A stretch of 40,380 nucleotides of DNA from the IMG/VR virus record IMGVR_UViG_2744054872_000003, positions 1 through 40,380 of that record. One strand, 5' to 3'. Positions within the stretch are counted from its first letter, which is position 1, and every line of letters begins with the position of its first letter. The notes beneath the pieces are model-generated. The model was not told the origin of the DNA and ran no database searches. It worked only from the letters and a program-made list of their open reading frames with translations. Source of the stretch: a virus (Duplodnaviria > Heunggongvirae > Uroviricota > Caudoviricetes). Positions 8,401 to 16,709 of the stretch are shown piece after piece. Made by a program: the position numbers and the translations under genes.

Positions 8401-8412
8401 GTGACATGTCAC
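8401..8412. repeat. 12-bp palindrome GTGACATGTCAC, copy 1
   Basis: Perfect palindrome overlapping the stop codon of the 8409..8705 gene and abutting a terminator hairpin; identical copies at 25932 and 28197. Confidence 0.6.
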
Positions 8413-8705
8413 GTCCCTTTTCTGAATGATAGCCATTCGAAAAATGATGACATTCCACCGCAGACAATAGCAAAGATGATCCCACCAAAGAAGAGAAGGC
8501 CAGCCTGCCACCACTCCCACCGCCATACATCCACAGCACCAACCATACCAACAATCGCTCCAACAAATGGAATATAGCTCACGATGAAAGCAATGGGGGC
8601 TGCAATTATCCAGTGCAATCCCCACCATGATTCAAGCCCAGCCATAATTGCTGCCAACTGAAAAAGACCAACGACGATATAAACAATGAATCCTATAGCT
8701 TGCAT
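8409..8705 (-). CDS. Small multi-pass membrane protein
   Basis: 98 aa, three or four hydrophobic helices, Trp-rich loops; downstream of the virion gene block. Confidence 0.45.
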   Translation of the reverse strand: MQAIGFIVYIVVGLFQLAAIMAGLESWWGLHWIIAAPIAFIVSYIPFVGAIVGMVGAVDVWRWEWWQAGLLFFGGIIFAIVCGGMSSFFEWLSFRKGT

Positions 8706-8900
8706 GTAGTCACCTATTTACCCAGTAAAAATCAGAGGCCTCCCCTCAATAAGGCTTGCAACAAGAACTATTCCCTGCACAACAAAGATAAACCAGCAAA
8801 TAGCTTGAGTCTGAGGGTTAAGAAAATATTTGTAGCGGTCAATAAATAACAACCCACCAGAAATTATCACACTCAAAACAATTAAAAACACAACACTTCC

Positions 8901-11375
8901 TTATTGCGGAGTGACATCCTGAGGTCTCCACCAGTATGTCTGGTTAAACTCTTTCTTCGAACGTTGCTCCATTTTACGCAAATAGCCTGGTGAAAAATAC
9001 TCCTGCATCTGGTTAAAGATCATGTGATCGAGAGCCGCCTTCAAGTACCAGAGATTCGCACCAGGCATCAAACCTTTCCCCAGCTTAACCAGATCACCAC
9101 CAGTCTGCTCATTCTTCCCTTCCACAGCATTTAACGGTATGCCCTGAGCAATCTTCACTACGTCATCAACCAGACCAGCTACCGGGCCAAGCATCGACGC
9201 CAGCGCGCCGCTTCCGTACCTGGTGTGATCTGACAATAAAAAGTCACCGTAAAGGCCAAGACCACCACCTTTCAGTAGAGCACCAAGCCAGAATTTTGCG
9301 GCATCTTCTCCTGTCATCTCTCGAGGATTACGACCAGACGCAAGGTCGTTAAGTTGCTGCGACAAAGCACCAAGAATGGTCGTACTGGCAATAAACGTCG
9401 CAATATATGCCGCACGCCCACCAGCAGACGGCATACCCATAGCGCGTGACCAGTGACGCATAACCACCGAGATAGGGAACGATTTAAACAGGAAAACACT
9501 TCTCGTTAATTCACCTTTCCATGTTCCACGCTGAATACCAGAACCGGTTATCAGTTGCTCACGTGCTCCCGGTGTAATAACAGCCATATCAACTTCTTCA
9601 GTTACGGCACCGAGCAGTTTACGCATTGCCTCAAATTTCACGCGTTCAGGCTCACCAAGATGTTTAACTGCTGAATCAGGGATACGCATAATGCTTTCCG
9701 GTGTCAGCATCGTATTATTGCCGTTCCCCCAGTCCTCCTGTTGCGCCAGCCTCCATACGCTCCAGTCTGTGTCAGTAATCCCTTTGCTTTTCAGGATACG
9801 ATAATCAGAATCATCGAGGCTATGAAGGTCTGGTGTCCGTGACACTACTTCTCCCAGGCTTCCCATCATGGTTACGCCATAGGCGCGCTTGTGCGCATCT
9901 GACCATGCTGTAAGCCCACTGGCACGCATTACCGCCGTTGCAGCCCAACGAGACACAGACGGCCCCATATTATCCATCGCCCAGCGGTTAACGCTGCCAA
10001 GTAGAGATTCCATCGCCAGACCAGCGCGGCGCGCCCGCGCAAGCTCAGTACGGTTCGTTGGGTCCATAGCTTCAAGCTGGTTGCGGAATAACTGGTTCAT
10101 TGGAAGGTTGGTCACCTTCGCAGACAGATACATGGTTCCAAGATCAGAGAACGATGACAGCAACGCGGATCCGAGTCTGCTGGCAACCAGCCAGTTGCGG
10201 ATATTGTCAGACCATCGCGCGATGTGCGGATTCGCTACAGGCTGTGTCTTTCCGGAAATAAAGTTGTACAGATTCTCTGTGTTGTTCGCCAGCCGCTCGA
10301 CTTTACCGGTTTTACTCGGGTTAGCTGTTGCCGTTTCTGCCTTAACCTGATCAAGAAGGGAGCGGAAAACATGATCGGGGTTTGGACCATATGTTTCCAC
10401 CAGAGCAATATCTTTACTGATACCTTCCAGGTGACCGACCATGATTTCCCATAGAGAGCGATCGCCATAAAGTTGTTGATATTGGAGATAGGAATCTGCA
10501 TCTTTGAAATGTATCTGTCGTGATGCATTACCACGGTTAGCACGTGCGCCGGAAATTCGCATTCCGGTATCAGTAAGCTTATTCAGCCCACCAGTAGCGA
10601 TCGTGTTATAAGCCTCTCCAAGAAATGCAGACAACTCGGCATCGTTCATCAGTTGTCCATCGGCTCGGATATAATATTTGCGATCCAGCTTACCTATAAC
10701 ATCGCTAACCCACTTATCCTTTGATACCGCCCCAACCTTTTCCATAGAATGATGTTGAGGGATCCCCCAGTTTTCGAGATAGCCAATGTCCCCACCAGCA
10801 TCATTAAACCGGCGGCGCAGTAGATCTGTCACTTCTCTCCACGCCTTAGCACCTTTTCTTGCTTTAGCATTGCCAGTATTTTGCCCTCGCATTTCATATA
10901 CCAGGTCACGCACGCCAGTTTCATCTTCAAACAGGCCAAAAAAGCGAGGATCAACTGCTTCAAATGCCTCTTGCAATTGACTCAATGCATAATCACGAGT
11001 GGCTTTTGTTCTGGACTCCACAGAGAGGAAATTCGATTTACCGTCTGCATTAAAAGCAATAGTACGGTTAAGAGCGCCAAGTTTCCCATCAGCCCCTTGA
11101 TAGCTATTGATAAATTTATCCAATCTCTGACGTGCGGCTATAGTGAGGGCCACACGACGTTTCTTTAATGCCGCTTCTCGCTGTAATTCTTCAGATGCCA
11201 ATTGTGCTGCACGATATAGCCGCTCTGATTCGGAAAGTTGTCTCCACGACATCGGGTCATCACGAGCAATGGAGCGCATATTTCGATAAATGCGGTCTTC
11301 AATGTTCTGTATTTCTCGCGCCGTTAACGTGCGCTGCGCCGCCTGCTGGACCGCTTGTATACATTCCTGTCTCAT
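8901..11375 (-). CDS. Internal virion / ejection protein (large)
   Basis: 824-aa protein in the position T7-like genomes use for internal core proteins; no recognised catalytic motif. Confidence 0.55.
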   Translation of the reverse strand: MRQECIQAVQQAAQRTLTAREIQNIEDRIYRNMRSIARDDPMSWRQLSESERLYRAAQLASEELQREAALKKRRVALTIAARQRLDKFINSYQGADGKLGALNRTIAFNADGKSNFLSVESRTKATRDYALSQLQEAFEAVDPRFFGLFEDETGVRDLVYEMRGQNTGNAKARKGAKAWREVTDLLRRRFNDAGGDIGYLENWGIPQHHSMEKVGAVSKDKWVSDVIGKLDRKYYIRADGQLMNDAELSAFLGEAYNTIATGGLNKLTDTGMRISGARANRGNASRQIHFKDADSYLQYQQLYGDRSLWEIMVGHLEGISKDIALVETYGPNPDHVFRSLLDQVKAETATANPSKTGKVERLANNTENLYNFISGKTQPVANPHIARWSDNIRNWLVASRLGSALLSSFSDLGTMYLSAKVTNLPMNQLFRNQLEAMDPTNRTELARARRAGLAMESLLGSVNRWAMDNMGPSVSRWAATAVMRASGLTAWSDAHKRAYGVTMMGSLGEVVSRTPDLHSLDDSDYRILKSKGITDTDWSVWRLAQQEDWGNGNNTMLTPESIMRIPDSAVKHLGEPERVKFEAMRKLLGAVTEEVDMAVITPGAREQLITGSGIQRGTWKGELTRSVFLFKSFPISVVMRHWSRAMGMPSAGGRAAYIATFIASTTILGALSQQLNDLASGRNPREMTGEDAAKFWLGALLKGGGLGLYGDFLLSDHTRYGSGALASMLGPVAGLVDDVVKIAQGIPLNAVEGKNEQTGGDLVKLGKGLMPGANLWYLKAALDHMIFNQMQEYFSPGYLRKMEQRSKKEFNQTYWWRPQDVTPQ

Positions 11376-11380
11376 TTAAT

Positions 11381-13183
11381 TTAACCTCTCAAGAAACACG
11401 CCACAGCGACATCAAACAGACTGGAATCCTGTATTGCCTGCTCACTTTCCCTGTTCGCTTCATCCAGTACTTCACGCGCGCTGCGCGATTGTGGATTACC
11501 ATCATCATCCAGCACGGTGATTATCATGTCAGGTGATTCAAGCAGCGAGTCTTCAGCTATGCGCAGATCAATATCTCCTGCCTGATCCGCCATCATTTTT
11601 TGTTCTGCCTGTTGCAATATTTTATCAGGCTCAAAAGGAGCTACTTCGTCTGGCGCCCTGACATCTGCTGTTTTATAGAATGAAACAGCCTGAGCATTAA
11701 GTTCACTTTCTACCTGCAGTCGCCGTGCCAGTTCTGCTCGAGCTTCAAAAAACTGACCGCCAGGCTCATGCGGTGCCAACGCGTTACGAGAAAATTCCAG
11801 GCGTTCTTGTGCCTGCCGGATTCGTTGGTCAATATCGCGAAGTCTGGCCTGTTTATCTGATCGAGCACGAGATAAAGCCTTACCGCTACCGGTTGGCTCT
11901 TCTGCAAGAATTTGTGCGCGCTGTTCAGTGAGATTTTCAATAATTCGTTGGCTATTAGCGATTTCAGACTGGTAAACCAGTCTATCGCCACGCGGCAAAA
12001 GCTGCGCGGCCTGTTCTTCAAGCAACCGATTTTCTATAGCGCGCGCCGTTACTCCATCATCTACAGATGACAGAGCCTCATTAACTGCCTGAGAAAGCAG
12101 ACTCTTGCGCCCAGGAATTTCACTGAAAGATGCAGACTCAACAATGCTGGCAACGTCTACAGGTCTCCCCTGGCTAACATCAGACATGGCTTTTCGCAGA
12201 GCCTGAATGTGCGAATTACGCGAAAGCACGTTGATCGGCACACCGGGAGCAATATCAATTTCAGCATGATGAGCGGCATTCGCCGCCAGTGCAGCATCGA
12301 CATCAACTGGTGAAAAATTTGGTGCGCTTGTAGACTCGCCGCGAGAGTTAATAAATCTGCCGACACCACCAAACGCCACTCCAAGAACAGCATCAATAGC
12401 AATTGCCTGTCGATCCAACACATCATACTGATTAGCCATTTCGCTATAGCCACCATCACGAAGCGTTTTTGCAGTAAGCCCACGCTGTGCCATACCGAAC
12501 GCAATATTTGTACCTGCGGTATAGGCAATATCTGGCGTTGCACGTACTGCTGTTGCTGCGGCGCGTCGCACTGAACTTTCACCAGTCCGCGCAAGCTGAG
12601 CCGCCACACCTTCCGCCAGCGCACCACCAGCACGTAACCCGAGGCTCATAGGGATCAGTGTTCCGGCACCAGCAGTAATACCCTGCACTAATCCCGCTTC
12701 CTGCGCCGTCCTGAAATCAACACCCTGTGCTGTCAGCCGTTCAAACTCAGAAAAACCCTGTAGCGAAGTTACCGCCGCAGCACCTCCGACCGGACCACCG
12801 AGCGTTGTACCGACAACAGCCTGCCCGCCCATATCGAACAACCCATAAAGGACCTGCCCGGCGGTTCCGGTTGTCGCGGCATCAGGCGTCAGCCGCTTAA
12901 CCTGCTGCTCTGCTAGTTTTCTCTGCTCAGCAATGTATGAAACTGAAGTGTCATTGAGCGAGGTGTTTTCGTTAACAAACTGAGCAATCGGGGATACGAT
13001 TTTATCCATCCCTGCCCATAGCAACTGATCTGGCTTTGCCACCAGCCCGGAGTACAAACCAGACAATGCCGCTCCTACAGCATTGTCGAAAAAACCAACA
13101 TCGCTGTTAAAGCCAACTGGATTTGATGCTGCTTCGTCAAGCTGCTGATTCTGGTTTACTGGATTAAGGCCAAAGTAACTCAT
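11381..13183 (-). CDS. Internal virion / ejection protein
   Basis: 600-aa Gly/Ala-rich protein within the core-protein block. Confidence 0.5.
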   Translation of the reverse strand: MSYFGLNPVNQNQQLDEAASNPVGFNSDVGFFDNAVGAALSGLYSGLVAKPDQLLWAGMDKIVSPIAQFVNENTSLNDTSVSYIAEQRKLAEQQVKRLTPDAATTGTAGQVLYGLFDMGGQAVVGTTLGGPVGGAAAVTSLQGFSEFERLTAQGVDFRTAQEAGLVQGITAGAGTLIPMSLGLRAGGALAEGVAAQLARTGESSVRRAAATAVRATPDIAYTAGTNIAFGMAQRGLTAKTLRDGGYSEMANQYDVLDRQAIAIDAVLGVAFGGVGRFINSRGESTSAPNFSPVDVDAALAANAAHHAEIDIAPGVPINVLSRNSHIQALRKAMSDVSQGRPVDVASIVESASFSEIPGRKSLLSQAVNEALSSVDDGVTARAIENRLLEEQAAQLLPRGDRLVYQSEIANSQRIIENLTEQRAQILAEEPTGSGKALSRARSDKQARLRDIDQRIRQAQERLEFSRNALAPHEPGGQFFEARAELARRLQVESELNAQAVSFYKTADVRAPDEVAPFEPDKILQQAEQKMMADQAGDIDLRIAEDSLLESPDMIITVLDDDGNPQSRSAREVLDEANRESEQAIQDSSLFDVAVACFLRG

Positions 13184-15693
13184 TGCGGAATATCTCCGGA
13201 GAATCTCTGACGCTTCTGTGTCAGATTAAGAACAACGGGAGAACCATCATCTTTCAGCAGATAACCAGTACCAAGTTTCACCAGGTACTGACTATCGCCG
13301 TAACTTTGCAAACCATACTGACCAGGCGGTGTTTTTATCCCTGAGCCGACAACTTGTTCATTCCAAGCCTGATTAACCTGCTTATCGAATTGCTCTGCAG
13401 ACATTCCCCACGGCAAAAGGACATTCCCCATTCCGTTATAGTCATGCACGCCACCTGTAGCTACGTTAACAGCCTGTTTCCAGATATCATTGTCAATTTC
13501 GCCTGATACCACGCCTTTTTTCGCCATCACACCAGCGTAATAGTCCTTTGCGATCTCGTATGCCATTGATGCCCCCTGAGCATCACCAGCAAATGCATCC
13601 TTCACCATGTCAGAAAACTCAAGGCGAAGATCAGCATCTTTAGGCATCGGAATACCTTTCGCATCATCAGTACCTTTACGAGCCGCCGCGCCAGCAAGAA
13701 TTGTCTGCGCAGCGGTTTCAGGTGACACGGAAACATCCGGATTAAACCAGTTTTTTTCTGCCAAAATACCACCAGGTTTATCCATCAGTATCCCGGCAAC
13801 GGCAGCAGATGGAGCGTTGGCACTGATCTGCTGTAGTGCTGACATATACACCTGCCCACCACCAGTGCTTTGCCTGATGGTATCGAGATATGCTGCCTGT
13901 TGGGAAACGGGCGCATCACGAAAGAAAACACCGATCTGATTGGCCTCGTCTTTGGAAAAGAACGTCAGTGGAGTGCCATATGACTTGGCAAGGTCACTGA
14001 CCTGAGCGGCACGCAAGGCAACGCTCTGTCCAAAGTTATCCTTATTGCTCATGTCGATAGGCTTTGCCTGTCCGGCGGCAAGAGAGAACTGCACAGGATC
14101 CGATTGCCGCTGCTTTATCACCTGATTTGCAGCCGAAACAACGTTGTCATAAAGAGCTGCGCGTGCCGCATACCCCTCCCCTGTCTCACCAGTATCCGGG
14201 CGTAATTGCTCAACATATGCTGTAATGCTGCTTGTCGGCATGTTGCGGAAAGAGCCTATATACTGTCCGGCGATCTGCGTATTTCTGAACTCGGTATATC
14301 GCAGGTTTCCTTCTCTGACGCCATAAGCTGCAATAAAATCAGCCTCACCAGGTGGATTAGGAAATTCAACGCCACGCATATACGCAGCCGTCGCATCGCG
14401 AACCTGGCTGTCAATCATCGTTTTATATTCAGCCTGCTGCTGCCGACGCAGTTGATCCGCCTGTCGCATAAAACTTGCCTGCGCCTCAGGAGAGGCCGCA
14501 TCGAATGCTGCATTACCGGTATAGCGTTTGATGTTGGTTGGAATTGTTGATAAACCAAGTGCTGCACTGACACCAGCAGTTAACTGCTGATCACTGTATG
14601 GCTGGCTACCGTTCTCATGATGGATAATTGCTGCACAAAGCGCCTTCAGGGTATCAGGATTTGATGCATCGAGAGGCTCATCAGCAGAAACGCCAAGTTG
14701 TTCGCACACTGCTTTGATATACGACATAGTGTCATTTTTATCAGTAGGCGGTGCCCAGCGATTAATTATCTCGCTGACGGTATCAATACCCTGCCTCTGA
14801 TACGACATCAGGTTCCGCCCTAATGCACGAATCCCGTGTTCAGGTGTTTCGAATTTAGCAAATCGACCATCATCACCGGTCTGGCCTACCCACGGATTAG
14901 TTTTGCTGTATTCGAGATTTCCTGGGTTATTGTTGCGTATGCCACGGGCACGCTCGGAAGAGTCACTATCTGCTACAGCACGGCGAGCTCCAGCAGCAGT
15001 ATCACTTAACTCGCCATTACTTTGGATGAATGCGGTCGCATTGTTTGCCGACCAGTGGGACAATGCGGCATCAGCAACCTTCTCTTTAAACTCGATTTTC
15101 TTGGCCTGGATTTGCTCGTCGCTCCAGCCATGCGCAATGCCGTAATCCTCAATTTGCTGGAAAGTTTGCTTATTAGCCAATACGTATGCGGCGTTGTCGC
15201 CATACAATGCTGCGGCATTTTTACCATTGTTCAGCAGCGTCGCCTGAAACTGGCCTTCTTCGTAGGCATTTATTTGCCCTATCTCGTGTCGCCCGGCCTG
15301 CGTAGTGAACTGAATGCGCTGCTGCTGCGCCTGCTGCATGAAAGCATTACGAGCCTGTTCATCAGGCAGCGACATAGCCAGTTTCTCGACCTGGGCATCA
15401 AACTGCTGCGTATACTCCTGACCTTTTCCAATAGCATTTTTCCCTTTCAGGTTAAGCAAACCTGTTTCAGGGTTATTCAGCAGATCGCTGCTTATCTGGC
15501 TTAAGCTAAGAGAAGCATCCTGAGCCATAGCAACATTCGCACGCTGTTTTGCCTGCGCAATAATACCTGCATATTGCTCTGCAACATCGCCAAGTACATC
15601 ACCGACATTTGGTGTCTGAAACGATGAGAATCCCTGCGTCGAAATCCCTCTGCTCTGAACCTGACGGCCCGATGTTGTTGGTACAACTGGCAT
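13180..15693 (-). CDS. Internal virion / ejection protein with a possible enzymatic central domain
   Basis: 837 aa; central block GIRNNNPGNLEY...WVGQTGDDGRFAKFETPEHGIRAL looks like a conserved globular domain, possibly cell-wall-directed; translationally coupled to the next gene. Confidence 0.5.
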   Translation of the reverse strand: MPVVPTTSGRQVQSRGISTQGFSSFQTPNVGDVLGDVAEQYAGIIAQAKQRANVAMAQDASLSLSQISSDLLNNPETGLLNLKGKNAIGKGQEYTQQFDAQVEKLAMSLPDEQARNAFMQQAQQQRIQFTTQAGRHEIGQINAYEEGQFQATLLNNGKNAAALYGDNAAYVLANKQTFQQIEDYGIAHGWSDEQIQAKKIEFKEKVADAALSHWSANNATAFIQSNGELSDTAAGARRAVADSDSSERARGIRNNNPGNLEYSKTNPWVGQTGDDGRFAKFETPEHGIRALGRNLMSYQRQGIDTVSEIINRWAPPTDKNDTMSYIKAVCEQLGVSADEPLDASNPDTLKALCAAIIHHENGSQPYSDQQLTAGVSAALGLSTIPTNIKRYTGNAAFDAASPEAQASFMRQADQLRRQQQAEYKTMIDSQVRDATAAYMRGVEFPNPPGEADFIAAYGVREGNLRYTEFRNTQIAGQYIGSFRNMPTSSITAYVEQLRPDTGETGEGYAARAALYDNVVSAANQVIKQRQSDPVQFSLAAGQAKPIDMSNKDNFGQSVALRAAQVSDLAKSYGTPLTFFSKDEANQIGVFFRDAPVSQQAAYLDTIRQSTGGGQVYMSALQQISANAPSAAVAGILMDKPGGILAEKNWFNPDVSVSPETAAQTILAGAAARKGTDDAKGIPMPKDADLRLEFSDMVKDAFAGDAQGASMAYEIAKDYYAGVMAKKGVVSGEIDNDIWKQAVNVATGGVHDYNGMGNVLLPWGMSAEQFDKQVNQAWNEQVVGSGIKTPPGQYGLQSYGDSQYLVKLGTGYLLKDDGSPVVLNLTQKRQRFSGDIPQ

Positions 15694-15705
15694 CTTATTA
15701 TCCCC

Positions 15706-16245
15706 TTATCGACCGGTTGGAGTGCCAACAGCAGCAGAAATCGGCGCAGCCTTCTGAGAGAACGGGCTCCACGTTCCTCCGCCCATCTGGTATGCACCGT
15801 ATGCTTTTAGTGGTGCCGTTAACAAAGTGCTGGTCATCGATGATTTAGCAGCCGACTGAGCAGCAGCCCCCTGTGCCTGAGCATTCATTCCCTGAACCTG
15901 ATACCCATATGCCTCACGCTGAGCATTATTCACTGTCGTTAACGCATCAAGAGTGCCGAACTGAGCATTATCCGCAAAAACGTCAAGAGCTGTTCCGCTA
16001 CTTAATTCCGCACCGGTAGCCCCCATAGTAGCCGCCGCAGTGCCTGAGCGTTGACGCATTTCACGACGACGCTGATCCGCTTCAATATTCCCACGATTGA
16101 TTGAATCCTGTGCCTGAGCTTCAGCAATTTCAGCATTCCGATCAGCTACGGCTGACTGGTATTTTGCCTGCTTGCTCTGGCTGTACATTGATGCGGCTGT
16201 GGATGCCACTGTGACTGCAACCAAAGCGATGGCTGGGTTACACAT
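15706..16245 (-). CDS. Internal virion protein (T7 gp14-like position)
   Basis: N-terminal hydrophobic helix then Ala/Gln-rich sequence; sits between the putative nozzle protein and the core proteins. Confidence 0.45.
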   Translation of the reverse strand: MCNPAIALVAVTVASTAASMYSQSKQAKYQSAVADRNAEIAEAQAQDSINRGNIEADQRRREMRQRSGTAAATMGATGAELSSGTALDVFADNAQFGTLDALTTVNNAQREAYGYQVQGMNAQAQGAAAQSAAKSSMTSTLLTAPLKAYGAYQMGGGTWSPFSQKAAPISAAVGTPTGR

Positions 16246-16709
16246 TATTTTCTCTCCATGTGAAATCTGTGGAAATTAAGACCAAGAGCACCATAAGGCG
16301 CGGATTCTTCAAGCCTGAATCCAAGCCAGTGCAGCCATGCTTTGGCAACATGGTTTCGCTCGTCGACGTAGTTTTCCAGGCGCGGATAAACTGCCAGCAT
16401 CTGCTGCAATACAGGGCGGCAGTGGCGAAGAAATGTCTTCTGATATTTTTCAATACGGCTGGTTCCGACCAGCCATGGCGTACCATTGCCACCGATCATT
16501 GACGCCGGAGATACGCCAAACATGGTTACCAGTTCTCCGTTCGCAAATCCTGACCAGGCCATAGTCGCAGTGCGAAGACCAACACGCAGCGCATCTTCGG
16601 TAGTCATCAGCGATACCGCATACAGTTCGTCAATATCAGCCTGACGAACATCCGGCAAAATCATCTGAAGATGATCTTCGGTAGCGGGAATAATTCGAAT
16701 ATCGATCAT
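16245..16709 (-). CDS. Hypothetical virion assembly protein
   Basis: 154 aa; ATGA overlaps with both neighbours. Confidence 0.4.
   Translation of the reverse strand: MIDIRIIPATEDHLQMILPDVRQADIDELYAVSLMTTEDALRVGLRTATMAWSGFANGELVTMFGVSPASMIGGNGTPWLVGTSRIEKYQKTFLRHCRPVLQQMLAVYPRLENYVDERNHVAKAWLHWLGFRLEESAPYGALGLNFHRFHMERK

Noticed and set aside
8401-8412. Reading the GTGACATGTCAC palindrome as a CRP or FNR site
   Set aside because: CRP and FNR half-sites place TGA and TCA six bases apart; here the spacing is four. It also does not match LacI-family operators, which have a central CG.
9889-10350. Antisense ORFs inside large virion and packaging genes (for example 9889..10350, 12157..12633, 15022..15504, 18737..19426, 23112..23849, 26513..26986)
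   Set aside because: Each lies wholly inside a longer, better-supported gene on the opposite strand and has Arg/Cys/His-rich composition; typical shadow ORFs.
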